Part shown: in pieces, positions 48,475 to 57,976 of the stretch
Numbering within the stretch: position 1 is the first letter of the stretch
Layout: each line of letters starts with the position of its first letter
DNA from: Candidatus Anstonellales archaeon
GTDB taxonomy: Archaea; Micrarchaeota; Micrarchaeia; Anstonellales; J096
Assembly (NCBI GenBank): GCA_038890615.1
Contig: JAWAFI010000001.1
Coordinates: forward strand, 130,611-194,610
Direction: 5' to 3'
Length of the DNA stretch: 64,000 nt
Position numbers and translations under genes: made by a program
The notes under the pieces: model-generated
Told to the model about the DNA's origin: nothing
Database searches by the model: none
What the model saw: only the letters and a program-made list of their open reading frames with translations

Positions 48475-49680
48475 TTAAAATAGTATATAGCGTTTTGAGA
48501 TTATGTCATAGGCGTCATTCCTGTAATAGCGCTCTCTCAAAAGCTCCTTCAGGCGCTCAAGCTGCTTTTGGTCGCTCTTTAGGTGCGCCTCAATGAGAAG
48601 CCATTTGGCAGGCACATTGCCCTCTCCGTAGAGCTGCTTGAGCTCCTCAATTGCTTCCAATGCCTTATCTATCTTGCCCAACAGGAAAAGCATCCTTATG
48701 TAAGTGCCAAGGAAGCTAATTGAGCCCTTGTATTCGCCCCTAAAGCTATCCATAAGGGCTTTCATATCGCTTATCTGCTGAGGCGCCAAATCATCTACTA
48801 AGTAGGAAGTATTCGTTAGGGCTGTGAGGAGGAGGCCTTTTTCAATATCCATCTTATTATAGGAGAGCAGGTTATCCTTTTCTAAAGGATAATCGTATAT
48901 TTCATTAGTTAGGGAATTGCCCACTGCTATATGCTGGTTTTCCTCAAGGAGGAGCACGTGGTCAAAAAGCAAGTCAAAAAGGTGGTTTGGCAAATAGCCG
49001 CCGTGGAATGTATCAACTTCAGCGAATATAAGCGAGCGGTCTGGCCATTCACCTTTGAAAAAAAGGAAAAGCCCATCCAATAGCTTGCCATCTGGGGACA
49101 GTTTATGCTCAAACTCAATCTCTTCTCCCTTCAAGAAAAGGCTGAGTTGTTTTAGAGCCTTAAGGACCTTTTCCCTTCTTAAGGAATTGATGGGCTCAAG
49201 GAAAAAAAGATTGGAAGGGTTGTATTCCATTGAATAGAGAGCTGCAATGCATTGGGCTGTGCCAGCGCAGTTTATGTCTACCTCAAAACCTGCTTTTCCT
49301 GTATAGAAGAAAGGCAGCCCTTTTATCGCCTCCATAAAAAGACCAAAATACGAATCAACTGCTGAAGTCATTCCACTAAACATTGCCGCAAAGCTTTGGT
49401 CTTCTATATACTCTTCGCCAAACAAGGTTTCTGACTTAGAAAGCGTTTCCCAGCTAATCGGGCCTTTGACTTCCTTCCTAAGCTTCAGGAAGAATTCCTC
49501 TTTTTTGGCTTTTTTCAAGAATGCCTTTGGTACTGCCTCAACCCTTCTTTCTTCAGGGCAAAGCATAAACAGGGCTAGGTTTTTCTGTGGGGTGTCTTTT
49601 AGGTGAGGTATGGTCTTGCTTTTCAGCTTGAATATGTAGGCCCCTCTTTTTTCGACTATTGAATCTACAAACCCTTTCAT
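48475..49680 (-). CDS. Hypothetical protein with putative transglutaminase/papain-like Cys-His-Asp triad and TPR-like C-terminus
   Basis: INCAGTAQCIAAL...DHVLLL...IYD; LGKIDKALEAIEEL. Confidence 0.55.
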   Translation of the reverse strand: MKGFVDSIVEKRGAYIFKLKSKTIPHLKDTPQKNLALFMLCPEERRVEAVPKAFLKKAKKEEFFLKLRKEVKGPISWETLSKSETLFGEEYIEDQSFAAMFSGMTSAVDSYFGLFMEAIKGLPFFYTGKAGFEVDINCAGTAQCIAALYSMEYNPSNLFFLEPINSLRREKVLKALKQLSLFLKGEEIEFEHKLSPDGKLLDGLFLFFKGEWPDRSLIFAEVDTFHGGYLPNHLFDLLFDHVLLLEENQHIAVGNSLTNEIYDYPLEKDNLLSYNKMDIEKGLLLTALTNTSYLVDDLAPQQISDMKALMDSFRGEYKGSISFLGTYIRMLFLLGKIDKALEAIEELKQLYGEGNVPAKWLLIEAHLKSDQKQLERLKELLRERYYRNDAYDIISKRYILF

Positions 49681-50093
49681 AGCTTAGCTCTCTTTCTCTT
49701 TTTCAAGGCCTTCTGCCCATTCTGGTATTTTTCTTCAAGCTCCTTTGCTAATTTCAGGCATTTCTCCCTGTCTTCAGGGGAGATTGCAAACTGCGAGCCC
49801 CTTGCCATTATTGCTGGAACTGCTGCCCTCAGAGCGTTTTCATAAAGCATATCTTTCTTTGCGTCCCCTATTGAATCCAGCAGCATGCCTTTTTCTTTGT
49901 CGTTTAGCCCTAGCTGAACCCCAAGGTGGGCAACAAAGCCTATGAGCTCTGTAATCTTCATATTGCTAAGAGTAGAAAGCTCAATGCCTTCGCTCCTTAG
50001 CGTATCCTCAAGCCTCTTTGAAAGCTCAAGCCCTCTCTCTTGGCCAAAGTACTTGCACAGGCTCTTTTCAAGGTGCGCCTCAAATGTTGCCAT
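49677..50093 (-). CDS. Hypothetical protein
   Basis: SD GGTGA, upstream TATA box, 4-nt overlap with the next gene. Confidence 0.7.
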   Translation of the reverse strand: MATFEAHLEKSLCKYFGQERGLELSKRLEDTLRSEGIELSTLSNMKITELIGFVAHLGVQLGLNDKEKGMLLDSIGDAKKDMLYENALRAAVPAIMARGSQFAISPEDREKCLKLAKELEEKYQNGQKALKKRKRAKL

Positions 50094-50185
50094 TTTATCA
50101 CCTATATGTAATTGCTTGCTTTTATATAAAAAGGTTTCTCGCTATTTTTTTGCAAAACCGATTGGCTGCTGAGCAAAATTAAATT

Positions 50186-50659
50186 TTAATTTATCAAATA
50201 GATTGAAAGATTGAGGAGCGTTGCGAATGAAACCCAAAGCATATAAGGAATGAGAAGGTAGGCTGCGCCTTTGGATATTTTGTAAGAATGTGCTATGGTA
50301 AGGGCGAGTGAGAGGTCAAGAAGGCCTATGTCTACTAAGCCCAGTAGAGGGGAGCGCAGGCCGAAGAACGCAAATGACCAAAGGGCATTGAGGAGAAGTT
50401 GGAGGACAAAAAGGGCAAGGGCTATTTCCTTTCCTGCCCTTCTCTTCCCTTCCCATAGCAGGTACAAGGAGGCGCCCATAAGTATGTAGAGTACTGTCCA
50501 AACAGGGCCGAAAACCCAGTCTGGCGGGCTGAACCAGGGCTTATTAAGTGATGAATACCATGTTGGTATTGCCTCCAATGTGAATATCGAGCCAAAGGCG
50601 CCTGCAAACAGGCAAAGCAATAAAGAAGCGGCTAAAGAGACGGTGTTAATTTTCTGCAT
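50186..50659 (-). CDS. tspO: TspO/MBR family protein
   Basis: WYSSLNKPWFSPPDWVFGPVWTVLY, QLLLNALWSFAFF, PYMLWVSFA. Confidence 0.96.
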   Translation of the reverse strand: MQKINTVSLAASLLLCLFAGAFGSIFTLEAIPTWYSSLNKPWFSPPDWVFGPVWTVLYILMGASLYLLWEGKRRAGKEIALALFVLQLLLNALWSFAFFGLRSPLLGLVDIGLLDLSLALTIAHSYKISKGAAYLLIPYMLWVSFATLLNLSIYLIN

Positions 50660-50707
50660 AAGTATTTTTGAGGTGTATTTTTAAGGTTTAGCGCTATTAA
50701 AGTAAGC

Positions 50708-51202
50708 ATGAACGAAATATTTAGGAAGAGAAGGAGCATCAGGGCTTACCTGGACAAAGAGATTGAAAAGGAGAAAATAGAAAGTATAAAGGAGGCAATA
50801 ACATCAGCGCCTTCAGCAGGGAATCTCCAAGCATATGAGGCTTGCTACACGACCGAAAAAGGGAAAATAAAGGAGATAGCAGAAGCTTGCATGCAGGAGT
50901 TCATTGCTCAAGCAGGGGCTGTGTTTGTTTTCTTTGCAGATCCTGGGAGGTCTAAGAGAAAGTACGGGGAAAGGGGGGAGTTATATAGCTTGCAGGATGC
51001 CAGCATAGCTTGCGCATATGCCCACCTTGAAGCTTCTTCCCTTGGCCTGGGAAGCTGCTGGGTTGGTTACTTTAAAGACGAGGAGTTGAGGAAGATATGC
51101 AGAGCAGGGAGCAATTTAGTGCCTGTAGCAGTGCTTCCTGTCGGCTATCCAGCAGAGAACCCTAAAGGAAGAGAAAAGGAAATGAGGCTGAAGAGAATAT
51201 GA
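50708..51202 (+). CDS. Nitroreductase family protein
   Basis: RRSIRAY, APSAGNLQ, GLGSCWVG, LPVGYP. Confidence 0.95.
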   Translation: MNEIFRKRRSIRAYLDKEIEKEKIESIKEAITSAPSAGNLQAYEACYTTEKGKIKEIAEACMQEFIAQAGAVFVFFADPGRSKRKYGERGELYSLQDASIACAYAHLEASSLGLGSCWVGYFKDEELRKICRAGSNLVPVAVLPVGYPAENPKGREKEMRLKRI

Positions 51203-52065
51203 GCGGTGGAATAAGCCAGGATGAAGCAATAAGGGATATGCAGAGGTCTGAGATAACTGAGCATTATATCTACAAAGAGCTTGCAAATAGGGCTGGGAAG
51301 AACAAAAAAGTCCTTGAGCATATAGCAAGGCATGAGCTTAAGCACTATGAGCTTCTTAAGAAGCTGAGCGGAAGGGAAGAGAAGCCTGATTGGCTCAAGA
51401 TAAAATTCTACAGCCTTATAGCTAGCTTGCTTGGATTGTCGTTCGGGCTCAAGCTGATGGAAAATGGGGAGGAGAATGCTCAGAAAAAGTACTCAAGGCT
51501 CATAGAAAGCAAAAAAGAGCTTAAGAAGATTTTCAAGGAGGAGTACAAGCACGAGAAAGAGCTGCTTGAGCTTATAGAAGAGGAAAGGATAAAGTACGCA
51601 AGCTCTATTGTTCTTGGCCTCAATGATGCCTTGGTTGAGCTGAGCGGTGCAATGGCAGGGCTGACTTTTGCTATGCAAGATAGCAAGATGGTGGCAGCAA
51701 CAGGGCTCATCGTTGGGATACCTGCAGCGATGTCAATGGCTGCCTCAAGCTATGTTTCAGCAAAGGAAGATAACGGTAAGATCCCTATAAAGTCAGCAGT
51801 TTACACTGGGCTGGTTTATATAGCCACAGTGCTTCTCCTATGCTCTCCTTATCTGCTGCTTGAAAATGTTTACAGTGCACTATTGCTAATGTTTGGGCTC
51901 AACATAGTAGTTGTAGCTGCATACAACTTCTATATAGCAACAGCAAAAGGGCAGGCATTCTGGCTAAGATTTGGGGAAATGGTGGGAATTATGGCAGTTA
52001 CTGCTGTAGTAAGCTTTTGGGTAGGCAGCGAGCTTAGGGAGCATATCATGCAGATGCCTTTATAA
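51199..52065 (+). CDS. Ferritin-like (rubrerythrin-type) N-domain + VIT1/CCC1 transporter
   Basis: ExxH motifs (HELKH, EEYKHE); IVLGLNDALVELSG, AAMSMAASSY. Confidence 0.9.
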   Translation: MSGGISQDEAIRDMQRSEITEHYIYKELANRAGKNKKVLEHIARHELKHYELLKKLSGREEKPDWLKIKFYSLIASLLGLSFGLKLMENGEENAQKKYSRLIESKKELKKIFKEEYKHEKELLELIEEERIKYASSIVLGLNDALVELSGAMAGLTFAMQDSKMVAATGLIVGIPAAMSMAASSYVSAKEDNGKIPIKSAVYTGLVYIATVLLLCSPYLLLENVYSALLLMFGLNIVVVAAYNFYIATAKGQAFWLRFGEMVGIMAVTAVVSFWVGSELREHIMQMPL

Positions 52066-52621
52066 GCGCTGAAATGCCTGCTGCTATCATCTCAATTGCA
52101 ACAGCAGTAAGGAAAAGCCCCAGCACCTTTGAGGTTATGCTGACAAGCTTCATGTTTATTTTTGGGAGCATCAGTGAGAATATGTAGAAAACTATGCCAA
52201 CCAGCAGAAAAGCCAATGTAACATTTGCAAGAAGCTCAAGCTGGCTTATCTCATAAGCCTTTATTGCTATGAATGAAATTGTGGCAGGCCCTGTAAGCAA
52301 AGGGGTTGCAATGATTGAAATGAGGCTATCTATCTCCCCTACATTCTGCTCTCCTTCTGTTTCCCTTACTGTCTCAAGCCCTAGGAGAAGGAGCACTATG
52401 CCTCCTGCTATCCTAAAGGAATCTATGGTAATGTCAAAGACGCCAAATAGAATAGGCCCAATGAATATGATGGACACAGCAACCAAGAAAGCAATGCCAA
52501 CTGAGCCTATTGCTATTGCCTTTACCTCTAGCCTCTTTTTGTATGCTGAAAAAAGCACAGGAAGCGAAGAAAGGGGGTTGAGCAATACGAAAAGCTGGAG
52601 TATGAGAGGTATATTTAGCAT
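52046..52621 (-). CDS. MarC family membrane protein
   Basis: LNPLSSLP, SFRIAGGIVL, ATPLLTGPA, LGLFLTAVAIE. Confidence 0.93.
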   Translation of the reverse strand: MLNIPLILQLFVLLNPLSSLPVLFSAYKKRLEVKAIAIGSVGIAFLVAVSIIFIGPILFGVFDITIDSFRIAGGIVLLLLGLETVRETEGEQNVGEIDSLISIIATPLLTGPATISFIAIKAYEISQLELLANVTLAFLLVGIVFYIFSLMLPKINMKLVSITSKVLGLFLTAVAIEMIAAGISALIKASA

Positions 52622-52679
52622 GAGCTTATTGCCAAAGAAAGATTTTTAAAGCAATTGCACTTTTTTTATTGGGGGTTAT

Positions 52680-53210
52680 ATGTTAGAGGCAGTCAGAGTG
52701 CTTGTCATAGAGCCCAATGAAAAAATAGTAGAGCAGGCAATGAAAGGCATTTCAGAGGAAGCAATAGGGAAGGTTAGAGTGGAGGCAGCAAAAAACATAG
52801 CGGAAGCAGTTTCGCTCTTTATGGAAAGGAATTACCATTATGTTCTAAGCTCACTTTTCAAGGACGGCTCTATTGATTCTGAGCACTATGATTACGTGCT
52901 GTTGAGCTGCCTTGTCGGAAAATGCCCTGTCGCTTTCCTGCAAGAGAGCAATGGGAAGGTATGGGTTGAGGCAATAAGCTCAGATGGGGTGTATAGCATA
53001 ATAAAGGCAAGGAAAAGCAATGAAGGAAAGGCCTTTATGCTTAAAGGTACAGTGGACTTCAAGAGCCTTGATGCTAGCATCAGCAGCCATAAAGCATGGG
53101 CAGAGGCGTTCAGGGTGCTTAGGAAAGTAGAGCTTGACTCGCTTGAAGAAAAAGGATTTATTAGCTCAGAGCAGAAGCCTAGCTCTAAAACCCAAAAACT
53201 CAACCCTTAG
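52680..53210 (+). CDS. Degenerate receiver (CheY-like) domain protein
   Basis: VRVLVIE...VEAAKNIAEAVSLF...YHYVLSSL; Ser at the expected phospho-Asp position. Confidence 0.5.
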   Translation: MLEAVRVLVIEPNEKIVEQAMKGISEEAIGKVRVEAAKNIAEAVSLFMERNYHYVLSSLFKDGSIDSEHYDYVLLSCLVGKCPVAFLQESNGKVWVEAISSDGVYSIIKARKSNEGKAFMLKGTVDFKSLDASISSHKAWAEAFRVLRKVELDSLEEKGFISSEQKPSSKTQKLNP

Positions 53211-53868
53211 GTATCATTGAAGCCACAAGGCTTGCCAAGCTCCTTACTGAGTGGGTTTCGTAGTAAAGCCTGCCAGGCCCGTGCACCTTGAACATTATAC
53301 CTTCGCCTCCAAGAATCTTTGAGGCAAGGCCATGGCCTGCAATGAACTTTTCTATCTTCATCTTCGTGCTCGCAGCAATGAATGAGCCATTGTCAACATA
53401 AAATGTCTCTCCATCCTTCAGCTCTTTTTCAACAATAGAACCCCCTGCGCCTATGAAAACAGTGCCTTTTCCTTTTACAAGCGCAAAGGCAAGCCCAGAG
53501 CCTGCTGTAAGGCTTGTCAAGCCGCCTAGCTTGGCTGTAACCTCAACCTCCCCTGTGTGGGCAAAGTAGCAGTTGTCTCCAAGCAAATACTCCTCATTGT
53601 CAAGCTCTATGGCTGCAACATCGCCAGCAATAGGGCCTGCAAGCACAACCTTTGCCTTCTCCTGTGCTGTTATCTTGTTTATAAAAAGGCTCTCACCGCC
53701 ACCCAAGCTTCTCATCAATGCCCCCCCTAAACCCCCTTGGAGCTTTGACTCAAGCTTTATCTCCCCACTGGAAGAAACCAAAGCCCCTGGCTCTGCGTTG
53801 CATACCTCTCCTTTCTCTAAGTCCAGCTCCACATATGAGCCAAATGCCCTCTTTATTGTATACTTCAT
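53200..53868 (-). CDS. AIM24/TIGR00266 family protein
   Basis: AEPGALV, GGESLFIN, GKGTVF, VDNG, GGEG...GPG. Confidence 0.93.
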   Translation of the reverse strand: MKYTIKRAFGSYVELDLEKGEVCNAEPGALVSSSGEIKLESKLQGGLGGALMRSLGGGESLFINKITAQEKAKVVLAGPIAGDVAAIELDNEEYLLGDNCYFAHTGEVEVTAKLGGLTSLTAGSGLAFALVKGKGTVFIGAGGSIVEKELKDGETFYVDNGSFIAASTKMKIEKFIAGHGLASKILGGEGIMFKVHGPGRLYYETHSVRSLASLVASMIPKG

Positions 53869-53918
53869 AGTAAGATAAAAAAAGCAAGGTTTATAACCAT
53901 AAGCGTGAAAGCCTCTTT

Positions 53919-55409
53919 ATGATAAGGGAGGCAGTGGGATTGCTGGCTCTTCTTATAGCAATATACTTCGTGCTTCTCAATGTTGAGGTTGAGAAAGACA
54001 TTATGCAGAAAGGGATATTGATGTCAGCTTTCAGCAACTATACCTTTGCCTCCCCTGATGGCTTCATGATTGTCTATGAGGTTACAGGAAAGGAGCCATT
54101 TGATGTGCATGGAAATGGGTGCAATGACCAAAAAACGTACTTTAGCAGGGGCGAATGCAAGGGCTCATTCTCTATTTTCAACAAGAACAGCAGGATGAAC
54201 AACGTTCAGGTTAAGATAAGGGAAAGGATGAGGTTTATTGATGCATTGAGAAGCGACATAATCGTTGTGCAGGATGCTGAATACCTTGTGCCTCCAGCCA
54301 AATGCAATGAGAATAATGAATGCGGGTATGACCAGGGCTGTGTCAACCTTACATGCATGCAGAAAGGAAAATACTGCGATGACGACGGGGATTGCATGGA
54401 TGGGGATAGATGCTCCTCTACTGGAGGATGCATAGCTATAGCAGAAATAGAGAGGTGCGGGGATGGGGTTTGCCAGCCAGCAGAAACAATAGCTGGATGC
54501 CCTTCTGATTGCTTTGGGACATATACAGAGGATTACAGAGGGCTGAAGAAGGCAGTTTTCAATTTCCCTTACAACAACACAACTGTAAAGATAGAGGTTT
54601 ATATAAACAACAGCACTTACAGCAGCTACAAGGGGAGGGAAAGGACTTATGTTGGGTTTATATATGGGGACAGGACCTACCTTGATGTAAGCCCTTACAT
54701 ATTAGAGGGATACAAAGAGGCAGGGGTAAAAGACGCTGCAGCAGCAATAAGGGCAAAGGCAGCAGAGATTGGCGCTGATGAGGCAGAGCTTGCTCTCTTG
54801 TTTGTGCAGAGCATCAATTACGAAGTTGATGCCCTTTATGCCCCTTATGATGATTATCCAAAATACCCTATTGAAACAATTGTTGACGGCTTTGGCGACT
54901 GCGAGGATACCACAATACTGCTTGCATCACTGCTAATGAACATGGGGCATGAATCAGTGCTGGTTTACACCCCTGGCCATGTAGGGCTTGGGGTGGCTGG
55001 CGACTACAAAGGGAGGTATTTTGAGCATGGTGGGAAAAGGTGGTTCTATGCAGAAACCACTTCTTATGGCTGGGGCTTTGGGGAGATGCCCGCTGACCTA
55101 GGGGGGAAGGCAACAATTGCAGAGATAAGGGGGCTTGAAAGCAACTTCTTGCTCACCATAGAAGGGATGGAATGCACTGCAGAGAGGTGCATACTAGAGG
55201 GCTCTGCGGACCACGGAAATGTAAAGGCAGGCTACATAAGGGATGATGCCCCTCTGGAGGTAATTGACTATAGGGGGGTCACAGCAAAGGGCGGAAGGTG
55301 GAGGATTGAGCTGGGCAGGCCTATACCAGGAGCAAGGGTGGCAATATGGGTTGAGGAAGGAGGCAGGAAAGTAGCAGGGCCTATTTACACGCTTCCCATA
55401 AGCATTTAA
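53919..55409 (+). CDS. Membrane-anchored surface protein with Cys-rich repeats and transglutaminase-like domain
   Basis: N-terminal TM; C..D.DC and CGDGVC..ET...CP.DC repeats; PKYPIET...GDCEDTTILLASLL...PGHV...YAETT. Confidence 0.85.
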   Translation: MIREAVGLLALLIAIYFVLLNVEVEKDIMQKGILMSAFSNYTFASPDGFMIVYEVTGKEPFDVHGNGCNDQKTYFSRGECKGSFSIFNKNSRMNNVQVKIRERMRFIDALRSDIIVVQDAEYLVPPAKCNENNECGYDQGCVNLTCMQKGKYCDDDGDCMDGDRCSSTGGCIAIAEIERCGDGVCQPAETIAGCPSDCFGTYTEDYRGLKKAVFNFPYNNTTVKIEVYINNSTYSSYKGRERTYVGFIYGDRTYLDVSPYILEGYKEAGVKDAAAAIRAKAAEIGADEAELALLFVQSINYEVDALYAPYDDYPKYPIETIVDGFGDCEDTTILLASLLMNMGHESVLVYTPGHVGLGVAGDYKGRYFEHGGKRWFYAETTSYGWGFGEMPADLGGKATIAEIRGLESNFLLTIEGMECTAERCILEGSADHGNVKAGYIRDDAPLEVIDYRGVTAKGGRWRIELGRPIPGARVAIWVEEGGRKVAGPIYTLPISI

Positions 55410-55431
55410 AAGCATCAAGCATACTAGCATC

Positions 55432-56127
55432 ATGAATTACCTATTCGCTGAAAACAAAGAAAGCACAGGAATAAGGGAGCTTGACATAATAATGGAAGGG
55501 GGCTTCACAAAGCCAGGCATAGTGGCAATAAAAGGGGATGTTGGCAAGGAGATGAATTATTTTGCCCTGAGCTTTGCAAGCGAGGTAATAAAGCGGGGCG
55601 GCCTTGTCTTCTACAATGTAAGCACAACAGTGCCTTCTGATATAGAGAAGAAGGCAGAGGACATGAGCATGAACATAAAGACCTTTGTGAACGACCAGCT
55701 CTTTTTTATAGACAGCTACTCAGGAATTTCAGGGCAGAGGGATGTGAATAGGCACGATATAATTGTAGAGAGCCCATCGCTTCTTAATGAGCTCTCCTTA
55801 GCGATAAACGATGCCTTAGAAAAGGCAAAGGGCAAAAACTTTGCTTTTATCTTCCACACAGCATCTGCGTTCCTTCTTCACAATGAGCCTGCTTCGGTAG
55901 TTAAATTTTTCCAGCTTAACTTAGGGAAGATAAAGACCGCTGGGGGCATAGCCATACTCTTGATAGACAAGGGAACTGAGCAAAAGGACTTCATAAGCTT
56001 TGTTGAGTATATAACAGATGACTATATTACGATAGATGTAAAGGAGGGCACTGGTTATTTGAACATAAGCGGGATAAATGTCAGCATACCTATAAGGTCT
56101 ACTGCTGTGGGGGTTGAAATACTATGA
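55432..56127 (+). CDS. KaiC/RAD55-like RecA-fold protein with degenerate Walker A
   Basis: STGIRELDIIMEGG, GDVGKEMN in place of GxxGxGKT, FIDSYS, YITD. Confidence 0.78.
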   Translation: MNYLFAENKESTGIRELDIIMEGGFTKPGIVAIKGDVGKEMNYFALSFASEVIKRGGLVFYNVSTTVPSDIEKKAEDMSMNIKTFVNDQLFFIDSYSGISGQRDVNRHDIIVESPSLLNELSLAINDALEKAKGKNFAFIFHTASAFLLHNEPASVVKFFQLNLGKIKTAGGIAILLIDKGTEQKDFISFVEYITDDYITIDVKEGTGYLNISGINVSIPIRSTAVGVEIL

Positions 56128-56447
56128 ACGAGGATGAAAAATTGAGCAAGGTGATTGAGGACCTTAAGCAGGATGGGATAAAGGCAGCGGTCTTAACAAG
56201 GACAGGGGAGACTGTTGTCTCTTCTTTCAACACAAAAGGGATAGGCCAGTTGATTGCTAAGGCGTACAACACTGCGCAGCTCCTTATGGCTGAGAATGAG
56301 GACAAGATAGGGAACTTTACAATAAAAGGGGATAGCAGGTATATTTTCATTTACGAAATAGGGGAGGGCAAGCTGCTTGTAGGAATATCTTCTAAGGAAG
56401 AGGATGAGAAGATAATAAGGGGAAGCGCCCTCATGCTCAAAGGGTAA
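56124..56447 (+). CDS. Roadblock/LC7-like small protein
   Basis: GIKAAVLTRTGETVVS, helix, then FTIKG..YIFIYEIG..LLVGI. Confidence 0.6.
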   Translation: MNEDEKLSKVIEDLKQDGIKAAVLTRTGETVVSSFNTKGIGQLIAKAYNTAQLLMAENEDKIGNFTIKGDSRYIFIYEIGEGKLLVGISSKEEDEKIIRGSALMLKG

Positions 56448-56451
56448 TCCC

Positions 56452-57354
56452 ATGGAAGAGCGCGAGGTTGTTATAATAGGTTCAGGCATAGCAGGAGCAA
56501 CAGCAGCAATATACACAACGAGGGCTCTGCTTGACACGCTTATTGTTTCTTCAGGGCCTTTCGGAGGGCAGATGCTTGAAACTGAGAAGATATGCAACTG
56601 GCCAGGCGAAAGGGAAATATCTGGCTTTGAGCTTGCACAGAAGCTAAAGGAGCATGTGCTTGGCCTTGGTGCAGAAGTAAGGGAATTTACAAACGTTGAA
56701 AGCGTAGACCTGCGAAACAAGATTGTGACCACTATGGGCGGAGGGATAAAGGCAAAGGCAATAATCATAGCAACAGGGGAAAAGCCAAAAGCCCTTGGGG
56801 CAAAGGGTGAGACCGAATTCAGAGGCAGGGGGGTAAGCTACTGCTCTACTTGCGACGGTCCTTTTTATACTGGCAAAAAGATATTAGTCGTTGGAGGCGG
56901 GAATTCAGCTTTCCAAGAAAGCCTTTACCTTTCAAGGTTTGCATCAGAGATAACCTTGGTGCACAGGAGGGATGAGTTCAGGGCAGAGCAGGCGCTAGTC
57001 AAGGAAGCAAAGGAAAACCCAAAGATAAAGTTCATGACATCTGCTGCAATTGAGGAGATAAAGGGCTCTGGAAGGGTTGAATCTGTGGTTTTGAGAGATT
57101 TAAAAGAAGGAACAAGCAAGGAGATCCAAACAAATGGGGTTTTCATTTTCATAGGGTCAACACCTAGGTCTGAGATTTTTGAGGTTGAGAAGGATGAAAA
57201 AGGCTATATAATCATTGATGAGCATATGCGCACAAGCGTTGAGGGGGTTTTTGCAGCAGGGGATGTTGCGAACACCCCAATAAAGCAGCTTGTTGTGGCA
57301 GCAGGCACAGGGGCAATAGCAGGGGTTTCTGCTTACGAATACCTAAAAGGGTGA
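56452..57354 (+). CDS. trxB: Thioredoxin reductase
   Basis: IIGSGIAG, GRGVSYCSTCDG, VGGGNSA, HRRDEFRA, TSVEGVFAAGD. Confidence 0.96.
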   Translation: MEEREVVIIGSGIAGATAAIYTTRALLDTLIVSSGPFGGQMLETEKICNWPGEREISGFELAQKLKEHVLGLGAEVREFTNVESVDLRNKIVTTMGGGIKAKAIIIATGEKPKALGAKGETEFRGRGVSYCSTCDGPFYTGKKILVVGGGNSAFQESLYLSRFASEITLVHRRDEFRAEQALVKEAKENPKIKFMTSAAIEEIKGSGRVESVVLRDLKEGTSKEIQTNGVFIFIGSTPRSEIFEVEKDEKGYIIIDEHMRTSVEGVFAAGDVANTPIKQLVVAAGTGAIAGVSAYEYLKG

Positions 57355-57358
57355 AATT

Positions 57359-57976
57359 ATGAAAAAATTTACATATAAAGGGGTTGAGATGGAGCTGATT
57401 GGGCATGCAAGTGTGAAAATAAAAGCAGGCAAAGAAGTGATATACATTGACCCCTATGCAGTTAAGCAAGGAGCAGAGAAGGCAACGATAATACTTTACA
57501 CGCACGGCCATTTTGACCACTGCGTTGAAGCAGCGCCAATAACCGCAAAGGATACAATTAAGATAGGCAGGGGGTGCAAGCATGCGCAGGCAAACATAGA
57601 GATTGGGGAGACGGTGGAGATACGCGATGTGAAGATAACTGCAGTGGATGCTTACAACCCTGCAAAGCCGTTCCACCCAAAAGGGGAGGGTGCTGGCTTC
57701 ATTATATCCATAGGGGGCATAAGGATATACCATGCAGGGGACACAGACTTTATTCCAGAGATGGCAAGATACAAGGCAGAAGTAGCTTTCCTTCCCATAG
57801 GGGGAACATACACAATGGATGAAAAAGAGGCAGCAGAGGCAACAAAAGTGATTCAGCCAGAGGTTGTAATCCCAATGCACTACAACTACCTTGCACAGAC
57901 AAAGGCAGAGCCATCTTATTTTGAAAAGCTTGTGCAACAGCTAGCCCCTTCTGTCAAGGTGGTAGCTCTTGAATGA
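57359..57976 (+). CDS. Metallo-beta-lactamase-fold hydrolase
   Basis: THGHFDH, YHAGDTD, LPIGG, IPMHY. Confidence 0.93.
   Translation: MKKFTYKGVEMELIGHASVKIKAGKEVIYIDPYAVKQGAEKATIILYTHGHFDHCVEAAPITAKDTIKIGRGCKHAQANIEIGETVEIRDVKITAVDAYNPAKPFHPKGEGAGFIISIGGIRIYHAGDTDFIPEMARYKAEVAFLPIGGTYTMDEKEAAEATKVIQPEVVIPMHYNYLAQTKAEPSYFEKLVQQLAPSVKVVALE

Noticed and set aside
48405..48480. Replication origin in the AT-rich spacer
   Set aside because: No ORB-like repeats or adjacent cdc6/orc1; more simply a terminator plus promoter region.
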